From contig JAWCKG010000001.1 in assembly GCA_038852285.1 (NCBI GenBank), positions 73,050 to 137,049 on the forward strand: 64,000 nucleotides of DNA. Reading direction: 5' to 3'. Each line of letters opens with the position of its first letter. Position 1 is the first letter of the stretch. Origin of the DNA: Candidatus Bathyarchaeia archaeon (GTDB lineage Archaea; Thermoproteota; Bathyarchaeia; 40CM-2-53-6; DTGE01). The notes under the pieces are model-generated. The model did no database searches. It was not told the origin of the DNA and worked only from the letters and a program-made list of their open reading frames with translations. Of this stretch, positions 48,474 through 58,888 are shown one piece after another. A program made the position numbers and the translations under genes.

Positions 48474-49400
48474 CTATGTGGAAAGAATTTTCGCACCACC
48501 TGTAGGTTTTGCCACGTATCCCTCGCAGCGAACTCCCATAGCTTGGAAGGTTTCAGCCATCACGTTGGAAACCAATTCACCTTCCTTCCGGTTTCTCACA
48601 ACGGCGATGGCAGTTGGTCCGGCGCCGCTGAGGGTAACCCCACATGCTCCAGCTTTTAAAGCTGCCCTCTTGGCTTCTACGTATCCCTTGTAAAGGTGGG
48701 CTCGTTTAGGCTCCACTACTCTGTCTCTCATCATCGCTTTTCCCAAGGATTCAGGATCGCCTTTCAACATGGCGGCTACCGCTAAACATGCTCCACCTAG
48801 ATTGTGAACGAAATCCTTCAAATCCACCCTCCTCGGCAAAATGGCCCTAGAGGCCTCTGTGGTCTTTTCAATCGAGGGAACCGCTAGGGCGAAGGTCATG
48901 TCAACGGGAGGATAGGCTTGAACCAAGATGGGCTTATAGGAGTAGATGATGGTAAAACCACCGTAGATGGAGGGGGCCACGTTGTCGGCGTGAACAGCGC
49001 CGGCTGAGACTCTCTCCCCTTCAGCCGCTACTCTTACCAACTCCAGTTTCGACAATCCTAAATCCAGCAAGGTGTTGAGGGCGATAGCTGTCCCAGCGGC
49101 GCTGGCCCCGCTGCTCCCTAGCCCTGAACCAGCGGGGATGCCTTTGCTAAGCTTAATTTTCACACCCTCCTCCAAGTTGAAGCGTTGCAGAATTAGGGAC
49201 GCTGTTAACCCCGCGGTGTTGAACGCTGGGTCCGAGCTAACCCTATCTTTGGAAACACCTTCCACTTCAACCTTTACCTTTTCCGGTCCAAAGCTCACTT
49301 CGACGATGTCGGCGAAGACATCTAGGGCGAGTCCGAGGACGTCGAAGCCAGCCCCAAGGTTGCTGGTGGATGAAGGCGCCTTGACGACCACCCTTTCCAT
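48474..49400 (-). CDS. thrB: Homoserine kinase (GHMP kinase)
   Basis: N-terminus MERVVVKAPSSTSNLGAGFDVLGLAL and the ATP-binding motif PAGSGLGSSGASA. Confidence 0.85.
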   Translation of the reverse strand: MERVVVKAPSSTSNLGAGFDVLGLALDVFADIVEVSFGPEKVKVEVEGVSKDRVSSDPAFNTAGLTASLILQRFNLEEGVKIKLSKGIPAGSGLGSSGASAAGTAIALNTLLDLGLSKLELVRVAAEGERVSAGAVHADNVAPSIYGGFTIIYSYKPILVQAYPPVDMTFALAVPSIEKTTEASRAILPRRVDLKDFVHNLGGACLAVAAMLKGDPESLGKAMMRDRVVEPKRAHLYKGYVEAKRAALKAGACGVTLSGAGPTAIAVVRNRKEGELVSNVMAETFQAMGVRCEGYVAKPTGGAKILST

Positions 49401-49475
49401 TAAACGCTACCCAGCATTTAAATTCAAGTTAATGATATTTTTATTTTGGTCGCTTAAATTGGTTAGGTTCATCTT

Positions 49476-50127
49476 CATGCTTACCCATCGGGATGTAACG
49501 GTCCCAAACGCCCTAGAGCTCCTCACAGAGGTTAGGGAGACTGGTTTACGGTGCATTGGATTTAAGGATGTGGGAGTTGGCGTTGACATTATGAAGCGTC
49601 TAGTTTCGGAGGCTCATCGCTCAGGCATGGAGACGTTTCTTGAGGTGGTGACGGATGCGAGGGATGAATGCGTGAAGTCGGCTGAAACCGCTTTAGAATT
49701 AGGCGTGGACTACTTGATTGGAGGAACCTATGTGGACGACACGTTGAAGGCCATAAAGGGCTCAGAAGTTAAATACTTCCCCTACATCGGGACCGTGGAA
49801 GGGCATCCATGCGTCTTGAAAGGCTCAACGGATATGATCGTCGCTGACGCCCTACGAGTGGCTGAGCTTGGGGTCGACGGGGTAAACCTTTTAGCATACC
49901 GGTATGTTGGAGATCCGGAGCAGTTAATCCGGTCCGTTAAGGAAGCCATAAACCTCCCGATAATCATCGCCGGCTCCATTGACGATGAAAAGAAAATAAT
50001 GAGGGTTAAAGGGTTTGAGGTGTGGGGGTTTACCATCGGCGGAGCCATCGTTGAGAAAAGGCTCCTACCTAGCGGCTCGGTAAGGGACCAAGTAACATAC
50101 GTGTTAAGCCTCATCGGAGAAAGATAA
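49476..50127 (+). CDS. TIM-barrel phosphate-binding protein of unknown function (NanE/Eda-like C-terminal GG motif)
   Basis: Start at MLTHRD. The ORF track's upstream extension overlaps thrB on the opposite strand. Alternating beta/alpha pattern with C-terminal IIIAGSI...IGGAIV. Confidence 0.4.
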
Positions 50128-50323
50128 CCCCACTCATCTGTAAAGCCCTTACTTCTACCCACTCAACCGGCGACAACCCAAAAAATCCTTACATAAACAA
50201 CTTTTTGGATACGGTGCTGAACGCTGAATGAGAACTGTTGAGGAAAACGTAGATCGGTTGAAAAATAATCTAACTTGGTCGGATTTATATAGGTGGAGGA
50301 AGGTATTCAATTTTTACGGTGGT

Positions 50324-51586
50324 TTTATGCCTGAGAAGTTAGGCGTTGGATTTGTGGGCACGGGTTTTGTAAACACGTTTCACGCCAAGTCGTTCGTTAA
50401 CATTAGGGATGCTGAAATCACCGCTGTATATTCTAGAAGCGAGAAGAAAGGGAAGGCTTTCGCCTCCTTCTGCAGGGACCTAGGGATAGGCGCTCCAAAA
50501 CCATACGTGGACCTGGGTGAGATGGTTAGGGATCCGAAGGTTGACGCCGTGTGGATTGGAAACCCGAACTTCCTCCGTTTGGAGACTGTTCGAACGGTCG
50601 TTGAGGAGGTTATTCAAGGGAAGGCTGAGTTGAAAGGAATCTCCTGCGAGAAGCCCCTAGCCAGAAACGTGAAGGAGGCTGAAGAGATGGTGAGGCTTGT
50701 TGAGAAGGCTGGCATACCCCACGGATACCTTGAAACCAACGTCTTCATGCCTGCTGTGGTGAGGGGGAAGGAGATCGCTTGGAGAAGGGGCGCAGCCATC
50801 TCCGGTCGCCCATATCTGGCGAGGTCCGCTGAAGAGCATTCAGGCCCGCATTCAGCGTGGTTCTGGGTCGGCAGAAACACTGGTGGAGGCGTGTTAATGG
50901 ACATGATGTGCCACAGCCTTGAAGGCGCCCGTTACCTGCTCACCGGCCCAGATGAGGAAAAAGACTCACTGAGCTTAAAGACCGTCAGCGCGGAGATCGC
51001 CACCCTCAAATGGAGCCAACCAAAATACGCCAAGGCTTTGAAGAAGCGCTTCGGAGGGGAAGTCGACTATTTGAAGGAGCCGGCTGAAGACTACGCGAAG
51101 GCTGTGGTCACCTACGAGACGAAGGAGGGGGATGTTTTGATGGCTGAGTCAACAAACTCTTGGTGCTTTACGGGACCTGGCATGCGCCTCATATTCGAGT
51201 TGATTGGACCTGAATACTTCATGGAAATCAACGACCTTAAACCCCATTTACACGTGTTCTTCAGCCGGGAGGTGAAGGGAAGAGCCGGAGAAGACTTCGT
51301 TGAGAAACAGCTGGCCGAGCAGGGCCTCATGCCCGTGTTGGACGATGAGTCCTTCATATATGGGTATCAATCCGAGAACAGGCATATGGTTCAATCGTTT
51401 CTAAAAGGCGAAATGCCGAGGGAAAACTGGCATGACGGACTTTTCGTCGTCAAAATGATGATGACATGCTACATGTCAGCCGAGGAGAGACGGAAACTCA
51501 AATTCCCACCAGCTGGGCTGGAGGATTTTATCCCGAAAGTCGCGACTGGAACCTACAACCCAAGATCCGCGCTGGAGGGATTATAA
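50324..51586 (+). CDS. Gfo/Idh/MocA-family oxidoreductase with long C-terminal domain (alternative start 50228)
   Basis: MPEKLGVGFVGTGFVNTFHAKSF Rossmann region and EKP motif. Confidence 0.7.
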   Translation, partial: FMPEKLGVGFVGTGFVNTFHAKSFVNIRDAEITAVYSRSEKKGKAFASFCRDLGIGAPKPYVDLGEMVRDPKVDAVWIGNPNFLRLETVRTVVEEVIQGKAELKGISCEKPLARNVKEAEEMVRLVEKAGIPHGYLETNVFMPAVVRGKEIAWRRGAAISGRPYLARSAEEHSGPHSAWFWVGRNTGGGVLMDMMCHSLEGARYLLTGPDEEKDSLSLKTVSAEIATLKWSQPKYAKALKKRFGGEVDYLKEPAEDYAKAVVTYETKEGDVLMAESTNSWCFTGPGMRLIFELIGPEYFMEINDLKPHLHVFFSREVKGRAGEDFVEKQLAEQGLMPVLDDESFIYGYQSENRHMVQSFLKGEMPRENWHDGLFVVKMMMTCYMSAEERRKLKFPPAGLEDFIPKVATGTYNPRSALEGL

Positions 51587-51704
51587 CCACCATAGCTTCA
51601 ACCTAAACTCATCCTGTGAACCTGGCTGCTGAGATTCTAATTAATTCATGCTTCAACCAAAACCGCATGAACACAACAACAAGACTTGTAAGGAAATTAA
51701 TTAT

Positions 51705-52418
51705 TTAATGCCTTTTTCCTACGAGAATCTGTTTGAAGGAACGAACCGTCCTCGCCATGTCCTCGCTATGGAACAGCGCGGATCCAACTACAAGGACGTT
51801 GGCACCGGATTTACAGATTTCTTCAGCGTTTTCCAACGTTACCCCACCATCCACCCTCAAATCCACCTGTATGTTTCGACTATCGATCATCCGACGAATC
51901 TTCTCAATTTTCTTCACCTGGCTTGGCATGAACCGCCATTCACCAGGGTAGAAAAGATCTATCCCCACCACCGTAACGGCGTCCAACTCTTCTAACACAT
52001 ACTCTAACGACTCAGGTGGGGTTTCAGGAAGCAAAGCCACACCTACTCCAACCTTTCTCCTCTTCAGGTAGTCAATCGCATGACATATGTTCGGCGTCAT
52101 TTCAAGATGGATGGACAGCGAGTTGGCTCCCGCCTTGATAAGATTTTCAACGCACTTCATAGGATTCATAATGTAACAGTGAACGTCGAATGGAAGATCC
52201 GTCAAGCCTCGAAGGGATTCTATGAGCATTGAGCCGAAAGAAATATAGTTGGCGAAAGATGTGTCAATAACGTCAAAGTGAATGAAGTCTACCCCCGCTT
52301 CCTCAACCCTTTTCACCTCCTCAAGTAAACGGGAAAAATCAGCCGATAGGAGAGAGGCCCCAACGCTGTATTTTAAACCCACCATGGAAATCAACCTCCA
52401 AGCTAAGTCCTCTGACAT
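51705..52418 (-). CDS. rpe: Ribulose-phosphate 3-epimerase family protein (divergent)
   Basis: SLLSADF, HFDVID, DVHCYIM, VDGG and VVGSALF match the Rpe metal and phosphate sites. The central loop is atypical. Confidence 0.6.
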   Translation of the reverse strand: MSEDLAWRLISMVGLKYSVGASLLSADFSRLLEEVKRVEEAGVDFIHFDVIDTSFANYISFGSMLIESLRGLTDLPFDVHCYIMNPMKCVENLIKAGANSLSIHLEMTPNICHAIDYLKRRKVGVGVALLPETPPESLEYVLEELDAVTVVGIDLFYPGEWRFMPSQVKKIEKIRRMIDSRNIQVDLRVDGGVTLENAEEICKSGANVLVVGSALFHSEDMARTVRSFKQILVGKRH

Positions 52419-52565
52419 CCTTCTTAATCTTCACGTTGAACATAAAAGTAGTTTCACTCCGCTCCTTATGGGCCGGTAAAATAGGTGATTTTCACCATGA
52501 TTATATTTATTTTTTAAGCGAACCGTTTTTGCTCCTTAATACCGATAGTTTAATAGTAAAATTGT

Positions 52566-52590
52566 TATAGAAAGTTTATAGAAAGTTTTA
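52566..52590 (+). promoter_or_regulatory. Tandem 11-bp direct repeat ATAGAAAGTTT x2 followed by TAAAAAGG (TATA-like), about 45 nt upstream of the ABC-transporter SBP gene
   Basis: Read directly from the sequence. Lies in the divergent intergenic region between rpe and the transporter. Confidence 0.3.
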
Positions 52591-52631
52591 AAAAGGAAAG
52601 AATTCATAAATGTCATTCGCAGGCGGTTAAG

Positions 52632-54278
52632 TTGCCTGAGGAAAAAATTTCTAGAAGGAAATACGCAAAGTATGCAGGGGCAGGTGTAGTAATCGTCGCG
52701 GCGGCGGCTGCAGGCGCATACTATGTGACAAGACCTAAACCAACACCGACGCCAACACCGACACCCACCGTTAAGCCAACCCCAACGCCCACACCAACAC
52801 CGACACCTACAAAACCAAAATATGATTATAAGACGACTTTTCCAACGCCTCCAGGTGCGACCCCCAAGGAAAGAGCCATCAATGGGGCCCTTATGTATCT
52901 TGAGGCAGTCCCAGGGGCGAAGGGCATAACATTAGTGATGACTGGAACCCCGGGTTCAGAGGGACATTTTAAACCCGAATACTTCAAAGAGTTCACGGAT
53001 GCTACAGGGCTTAAAGTGAAGGAGGTTACCATCGACTGGGGAGACATAGTTCCAAAGATGACAGCGGAGTCTGTGGAAAAATCAGGAGCCTACGACACAT
53101 TCCTCCTATGCCCACAACACTATCTAGGCTACTTCGTCGAGAAAGGCTTGGTTTTAGACCCAGAGGCCTCACCCGCCAATTATTATCAGAGGTATCAGCC
53201 TCAATGGAAGGATGAATCTCCATGTCCACCTCCCCCAGCATTCTACAAGGGCATTAACTGCTATGGGGGTAAGCTGTACGGCATAGTTTATGACTACGAC
53301 TTATGGACTCTCCACTATAGAGCAGACCTGTTCGACGATCCTAAGGAGAAGAAGAAGTTTTACGACAAATATGGATATGAGTTAAGGCCTCCTAGAACGT
53401 GGAAAGAGTATGATGATATATCGGAGTTCTTCACCCGTCCACCCAACCTCTACGGCACATGGGTATACGTGCCACTATACTGGAACAGGAGGAATTACAA
53501 GCAAATACTAGCCTCAAGAGGAGTCGACTACTTCGATGAGAACATGGTCCCCTTAATAGATTCACCAGCTGGCATAGAAGCCATGGAAGAGTTAAAAATG
53601 CGGCTTGACAAATTCTGTCCACCTGAAGCCATGACGGGCATATGGGATTCCGCGTACGACTTCTTCGCAAAGGGTAAGCTTGCGATGCAAATGGCTTGGG
53701 CCTCGTTGAAGAAATACTGTGAAGCAATGGGACTTGGAGAAAAGGTCAAGAACGTTCTCACGCCTGGATTTCCAACTAAAGATGGAAGGGTGAGACATGC
53801 GTCTATGATCGGTGAAAGCCACATAGAATTCGTTAACAAGTATTCTAAGCATCCGGAGCTATCCTTCGCCTTGCTCACCTACTATGCCGATCCAGAAGTC
53901 AGCGCGAAAGTGGTCTGCGATCCGGCGGGATTCCTTGAACCCTTCAGGGTATGCCATTTCGACGACCCATACGTCCAAAAGTCTTATGGAGGAAAATACT
54001 ATACGGATGTTCTGAAGGAAGCATTTGACTACGTGGTGCCCGACATAAACTTGCCCACCGCACCTGAATACGACGATGTGTTAACAAAACACATAAACGC
54101 GGTCCTAACAGGCGCTGAGTCCCCAAAGGAAGGAATGAAAGCGGTTCACGACGCTTGGGAAGAAACAACGGAGCGCTACGGAAGAGAAAAGCTGATTGAA
54201 GCGCTCAAGACCTTCGGCCCACCCGACCATAAAGGATACGGTCCGAAGCTTGCCCCGTTAATGAATCCAGACCTATAA
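52632..54278 (+). CDS. ABC transporter substrate-binding protein (CUT1/sugar family) with N-terminal TM anchor and (TP)n linker
   Basis: N-terminal TM helix, PKPTPTPTPTPTVKPTPTPTPTPTPTKPKYDYK linker and a family-1 SBP fold. 548 aa. Confidence 0.8.
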   Translation: MPEEKISRRKYAKYAGAGVVIVAAAAAGAYYVTRPKPTPTPTPTPTVKPTPTPTPTPTPTKPKYDYKTTFPTPPGATPKERAINGALMYLEAVPGAKGITLVMTGTPGSEGHFKPEYFKEFTDATGLKVKEVTIDWGDIVPKMTAESVEKSGAYDTFLLCPQHYLGYFVEKGLVLDPEASPANYYQRYQPQWKDESPCPPPPAFYKGINCYGGKLYGIVYDYDLWTLHYRADLFDDPKEKKKFYDKYGYELRPPRTWKEYDDISEFFTRPPNLYGTWVYVPLYWNRRNYKQILASRGVDYFDENMVPLIDSPAGIEAMEELKMRLDKFCPPEAMTGIWDSAYDFFAKGKLAMQMAWASLKKYCEAMGLGEKVKNVLTPGFPTKDGRVRHASMIGESHIEFVNKYSKHPELSFALLTYYADPEVSAKVVCDPAGFLEPFRVCHFDDPYVQKSYGGKYYTDVLKEAFDYVVPDINLPTAPEYDDVLTKHINAVLTGAESPKEGMKAVHDAWEETTERYGREKLIEALKTFGPPDHKGYGPKLAPLMNPDL

Positions 54279-54310
54279 ACCCATAAGCTTCACATACACC
54301 TAAACCCCCT

Positions 54311-54322
54311 TAATTTTTTAAA
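54311..54322 (+). terminator. T-rich stretch (TTAATTTTTTAAAAC) after the SBP gene. Possible partial terminator.
   Basis: An oligo-T run sits 33 nt past the stop. Confidence 0.25.
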
Positions 54323-54373
54323 ACTTAAAATACGACGCTCATTGGCAATTACTTAGCATGGAAAGATGGGAGG

Positions 54374-55297
54374 ATGTGTTTGAGCCGACCCAAAACCTGG
54401 CGTGAAAGAGTTTTAGAATTCTCGGAAACATCCTCTGGAAGGTTTCTCACACTCCACGGCCCAATCTACGTGATTCTATACCTTATTTTGCTGTTTCCTT
54501 TCCTTCTAGAAATCTACTTAAGCTTCTCAGATTGGGAACCTGGTCGAGGAGAGTGGTGGCTGGCCCACTTCAACTTCGGTTTAGGTTTTCCAAGCATAAT
54601 TAGCGATATAAGGCTATGGTACTCAGTTGGGAGAACGTTTTTAATGGCGGGGGCGGCTGTGGGGTTAGAGTTCCTACTAGGCTTGACCGGCGCAGTCCTC
54701 TTCTCAAGAGAGTTTAAAGGTAGAAGGGAGTTAACGGCTGTGTTTCTCATCCCCATGTTCTTCATGCCCGTCGTTGTGGCCTACAATTTTTGGATGATGT
54801 TCCAACCAACAGGGCCGGTGAACTTCATAGTTGGAAAGCTTGTTGGAAAAGACATAGTATTCCCCTGGCTCTCTAGAGCCGGACCCGCTTTGATCGCGCT
54901 GATAATAACCGATGTGTGGCAGTGGACGCCGTTCATGTTCCTAATCCTAACCGCCGGCATGTTCTCGCTGCCTCAAAGCCCAATAGAGGCGGCTAAAGTT
55001 ATAGGGGCCTCAGAATGGCAGATTTTTAGGTATATAAAGCTTCCAATGTTGAGAAACATCATACTCATAGCCCTGGTGATTAGGTTTATGGAAGCTTTAA
55101 AGCTGTTTGATTACCCGTTCATTTTGACTGGAGGGGGAGGGCCTGGATTCGCCACTGAGACATTGTCGATTTACACTTACATTGTGGGGATACAAACTGG
55201 GAGGTTAGGGTACGCTTCATCGATATCCATGGTCTTACTAATAATAATTTTAATACTGATTTCGCCGGTGGCTCGACGTATGTTAAGGAGGAGATAG
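54374..55297 (+). CDS. ABC transporter permease (MalF-like)
   Basis: 6 TM helices and an EAA-like loop (KVIGASEWQIFRYIKLPML). Confidence 0.8.
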   Translation: MCLSRPKTWRERVLEFSETSSGRFLTLHGPIYVILYLILLFPFLLEIYLSFSDWEPGRGEWWLAHFNFGLGFPSIISDIRLWYSVGRTFLMAGAAVGLEFLLGLTGAVLFSREFKGRRELTAVFLIPMFFMPVVVAYNFWMMFQPTGPVNFIVGKLVGKDIVFPWLSRAGPALIALIITDVWQWTPFMFLILTAGMFSLPQSPIEAAKVIGASEWQIFRYIKLPMLRNIILIALVIRFMEALKLFDYPFILTGGGGPGFATETLSIYTYIVGIQTGRLGYASSISMVLLIIILILISPVARRMLRRR

Positions 55298-55300
55298 TTT

Positions 55301-56170
55301 ATGAGCGTTGAAGAAGTCTCGGTGGAGAAGCAAACTCCCCTAGGTTGGTTGCTGATCTTCCTCGGGCTAGGCTTGGTTTTATTTCCACTTTTCTGGATCC
55401 TGTCGACTTCGTTAAAGTCTATTGGAGAGTGGCTTACGTACCCTCCAATTTTTATTCCAGAGAAGCCGGCTGTAGAGAATTATTTGAGCATCTTCACCGG
55501 TGGGGCGTTGGGAGGAGGATTCGTCGCCAGGGTTCCGAACGTTACAAACTCCATAGTCAGTAGCGCGATATGTAGCGTCGGCGGAACCGTATTATCGATA
55601 CTCATAGGGTTATTAGCCGCCTTCGGGATCTCACGTCACAGAATGGGGGGAGAATTCTTCCCCATATTTCTCCTCGCCGCTCGAATGGCCCCTCCTATAG
55701 TGGCGGCGATTCCGCTACTCATATTATACTCGATGATAGGGTTGGTGGACACTTACTTAGGGTTGATCCTAGCCTACGCATGCTTCACATCCCCCTACTC
55801 CACTTGGATGATCGCCAGCTTTATAGAGGAGGTACCCCGGGATCTCGAGGAGGCTGCGCAAGTGGATGGCATGTCAACATTGGAAACCCATTTTAAAGTT
55901 ACGCTTCCTTTGATTAAGGGCGGTATAGCGGCAACCGCCCTATTCGTATTCATATTAAACTGGAGCGAGTTCCTTCTCGCCTTAACGTTAACCCATGAGA
56001 AAATTCTCACCATACCTGTCCAAGTGAAAGCGTTCTTCACATATTCCGGGCAGCTCTATGGTCCTCAATCAGCCTTCGGTGTAGTCGCGATCGTGCCTCT
56101 TATCATATTTTCTCTTCTAATCCAGAAGCATTTAGTGAGGGGGTTGACCTTCGGGGCGATTAGAGGTTAA
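55301..56170 (+). CDS. ABC transporter permease (MalG-like)
   Basis: 6 TM helices and EAAQVDGMSTLETHFKVTLPL. Confidence 0.8.
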   Translation: MSVEEVSVEKQTPLGWLLIFLGLGLVLFPLFWILSTSLKSIGEWLTYPPIFIPEKPAVENYLSIFTGGALGGGFVARVPNVTNSIVSSAICSVGGTVLSILIGLLAAFGISRHRMGGEFFPIFLLAARMAPPIVAAIPLLILYSMIGLVDTYLGLILAYACFTSPYSTWMIASFIEEVPRDLEEAAQVDGMSTLETHFKVTLPLIKGGIAATALFVFILNWSEFLLALTLTHEKILTIPVQVKAFFTYSGQLYGPQSAFGVVAIVPLIIFSLLIQKHLVRGLTFGAIRG

Positions 56171-56191
56171 AAGGAGGCTAAAACCGGAGAA

Positions 56192-57280
56192 ATGACCGAG
56201 GTTAAACTGATAAAGCTTCGGAAGGAGTTTAAGTCGCTGGTAGCTGTTAACGACCTCACACTTACAGTGGAAGATGGATCCCTTGTTTCGCTGCTCGGCC
56301 CATCCGGATGCGGAAAGACGACTACGCTTAGAATGATAGCGGGGCTGACGACACCTACCAGCGGGGAGATATACTTCGACGATAAGTTGGTTAATGATCT
56401 TAAGCCGCAAGAGAGAAATATAGGCCTAGTATTTCAGGATTACGCCGTGTTCCATAACATGAACGCGTTCGACAATATAGCTTTCGGCCTCAAGATAAGG
56501 GGAGTTCCAAAGGCGGAAATAAAGAAGAAAGTGATAGAAGTCTCGGAGCTTTTAAACATTAAGGATATACTGGATTCCATGCCCAATCGTATGAGCCAAA
56601 GCGAGCTGCAAAGCGTAGCCCTAGCGAGGACGATCGTAACAAACCCCACCGTGCTGCTCCTCGACGAGCCGTTAAGCAACTTGGACGCCGCTTTAAGGGC
56701 TAAAATGCGAGCGGAGTTAAAAAGGCTCCAGAGGGAGATCGGTCAAACCGTGGTTTATGTAACCCACGACCAACTGGAGGCGATGGCGATTTCCGATAAA
56801 ATAGCGGTAATGAACCTGGGGATACTTCATCAATACGGAACCCCGGAGGAAGTTTATAATAACCCAAACACCAAGTTTGTCGCAGGCTTCATCGGCAGCC
56901 CACCAATGAACTTCATCGAATGCACATTCGTAGAGGAGGGAGAGGGATGCTTGGATCTTGGAATAGCGAAATTAGACGTTTCAAAATATCGTGAGGTTAT
57001 TAAAAGGGAGTGCTCCAGCTTCGAGGTAACCCTAGGGATAAGACCTGAAGACATCAAGATAAGCCCTAATAGGGCTTCCAAGACACCGATAAAGGTTTCT
57101 GTCGAGGCCTACGAGCCATTAGGCAGCGAGGCGGTCATAGACACTGATCTTGGAGGATCCCTTGTAAGGATAATCGCGCCCACAACCTTCACGGCTAAAC
57201 CTGGCGATGAAGCGTACATAGGGTTCGATGATCGGAAGCTCCATATAATAGATAGGAAAACTGAAAAGGTCATAGTGTAG
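56192..57280 (+). CDS. ABC transporter ATP-binding protein (MalK/UgpC-like) with C-terminal TOBE domain
   Basis: Walker A LLGPSGCGKTT, signature LSNLD... and Walker B LLLDEPLSNLD. Confidence 0.85.
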   Translation: MTEVKLIKLRKEFKSLVAVNDLTLTVEDGSLVSLLGPSGCGKTTTLRMIAGLTTPTSGEIYFDDKLVNDLKPQERNIGLVFQDYAVFHNMNAFDNIAFGLKIRGVPKAEIKKKVIEVSELLNIKDILDSMPNRMSQSELQSVALARTIVTNPTVLLLDEPLSNLDAALRAKMRAELKRLQREIGQTVVYVTHDQLEAMAISDKIAVMNLGILHQYGTPEEVYNNPNTKFVAGFIGSPPMNFIECTFVEEGEGCLDLGIAKLDVSKYREVIKRECSSFEVTLGIRPEDIKISPNRASKTPIKVSVEAYEPLGSEAVIDTDLGGSLVRIIAPTTFTAKPGDEAYIGFDDRKLHIIDRKTEKVIV

Positions 57281-57286
57281 AGGTGG

Positions 57287-58384
57287 ATGACAGGATTCAT
57301 GGCCTCTGTTAAGCTTAGGAATGTGCGTAAAAGCTTCGGGGAAAAAAAGGTTCTCCAAAACATAAACCTTGAAGTCCACGACAAGGAGTTTTTCTGCATT
57401 CTAGGCCCCCCAGGCGCCGGAAAAACCACCACGCTTAAGCTCATAGCTGGATTGGAGAAGGCTGACGAGGGTGAAATATACATCGGCGATGAGCTCGTGA
57501 ACGACCTGCCACCACGTTACAGGGATGTTTCAATGCAGTTTGAAAGCCTTACACTATTCCCAAACAAAACAGGCTTCGAGAACATCGCCTTCCCATTGCG
57601 GGTGAAGAAGACACCTGAAGATGAGGTAAGGGAAAATGTAATGAGGGTGGCAAAGCTGTTGAGGATAGAGCATATACTTGACCGGGAGCCTAGAACCTTC
57701 AGCGGAGGGGAGAGACAGAGAGTGGCATTGGCAAGAGCCATCATCCGGAGGCCGAAGGTAATCCTGCTTGACGAGCCGTTAAGCAATATAGACGCACTGC
57801 TCAGGTTGAACATGAGGGTTGAGCTGAAAAGACTGGCCAGAGAGATAGGGCAAACTATCATATTCACAACCCACGACCAAGCGGAGGCCATGGCCATGGC
57901 TCAGAAAATCTGCATTCTACATCAAGGCCAGGTTCATCAAATTGGAAGACCTGAGGAACTTTACAAAACCCCAGCCGACATCGTCGTAGGCAAGATGGTT
58001 GGAAGCCCTTCGATGAACTTGATAAAATGCCTGTACGAAGAGAGGGGTGGGAAAGCGTATTTGTCAGGTATGTTCAAAATAGAGGTTACAAAATTTAAGG
58101 ATACCTTAGCCAAGGCGTCCTCAAGGGAGATGGTGATGGGAGTAAGACCTGAGGACTTGAAGCTTTCAAATAAACCTATAAGTAGGCACGCGGCGCCGGT
58201 GAAGGTTTTCAGCTACGAGCCATTAGGGGCTAAAACTCTGGTGAAGGCCTTGGCGGAAGATGGTGAATTGCTGGACATCATAGGAGAACCCTGGGAGAAA
58301 TACGAATTAAATAGGGAGATGTGGTTAAATTTAAACGTAGAGAAAATTTACATATTCGACAAGACCGGATTCACATTGGTGTAA
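57287..58384 (+). CDS. Second ABC transporter ATP-binding protein (MalK-like paralog)
   Basis: Walker A ILGPPGAGKTT, FSGGERQRVALARA and ILLDEPLSNID. Confidence 0.85.
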   Translation: MTGFMASVKLRNVRKSFGEKKVLQNINLEVHDKEFFCILGPPGAGKTTTLKLIAGLEKADEGEIYIGDELVNDLPPRYRDVSMQFESLTLFPNKTGFENIAFPLRVKKTPEDEVRENVMRVAKLLRIEHILDREPRTFSGGERQRVALARAIIRRPKVILLDEPLSNIDALLRLNMRVELKRLAREIGQTIIFTTHDQAEAMAMAQKICILHQGQVHQIGRPEELYKTPADIVVGKMVGSPSMNLIKCLYEERGGKAYLSGMFKIEVTKFKDTLAKASSREMVMGVRPEDLKLSNKPISRHAAPVKVFSYEPLGAKTLVKALAEDGELLDIIGEPWEKYELNREMWLNLNVEKIYIFDKTGFTLV

Positions 58385-58399
58385 CGGTGGTGTAACACA

Positions 58400-58645
58400 A
58401 TGAGTTTAACACCTGAAACCCTCGGAGTCATGGGCAGCATCGCCTTCGGATTAATATTGATAGCGAGGATATACGTAACTAAGAAGGTTCCAAGGGTTAT
58501 CAAGGGGATTTTACTGTTTCTCGCCCTGTTTGGCTTGGTCGACGGCTTATATCTCTTAGCGACATGGAAGTACCCGGCTTTATTCCACCTGTGGTGCACT
58601 GGCATACTTTTCACATTCATACTCCTCATAATAGCCGGGGCTTAG
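58400..58645 (+). CDS. Small membrane protein (81 aa, 2-3 TM), hypothetical
   Basis: Hydrophobic ORF 15 nt after the ATPase gene. Confidence 0.3.
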   Translation: MSLTPETLGVMGSIAFGLILIARIYVTKKVPRVIKGILLFLALFGLVDGLYLLATWKYPALFHLWCTGILFTFILLIIAGA

Positions 58646-58888
58646 TCTTCTAATCATTCACAAGGGATTTGAACCTTAAATTAAGCTTATTAAATATTCC
58701 GCTCAGCATAACCTAAGGAATTCTAAGATAATTTCCAGAGACCAACAAATCCTTAAAATTCTTTAAACAGGTTACGACTCATGTTTGGAAGACTTGTCGT
58801 TTGAATACGCTCTCTTAAGCTGTGTAGCAGGGAAACTATTTTATAGTAAAAAAATAGAATTCTGAACAGAGCAGAGGTAAAAACCGTT

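Noticed and set aside
49072-49475. 5' extension of the TIM-barrel ORF
   Set aside because: It overlaps the well-supported thrB gene on the opposite strand. The first plausible start after thrB is the ATG at 49476.
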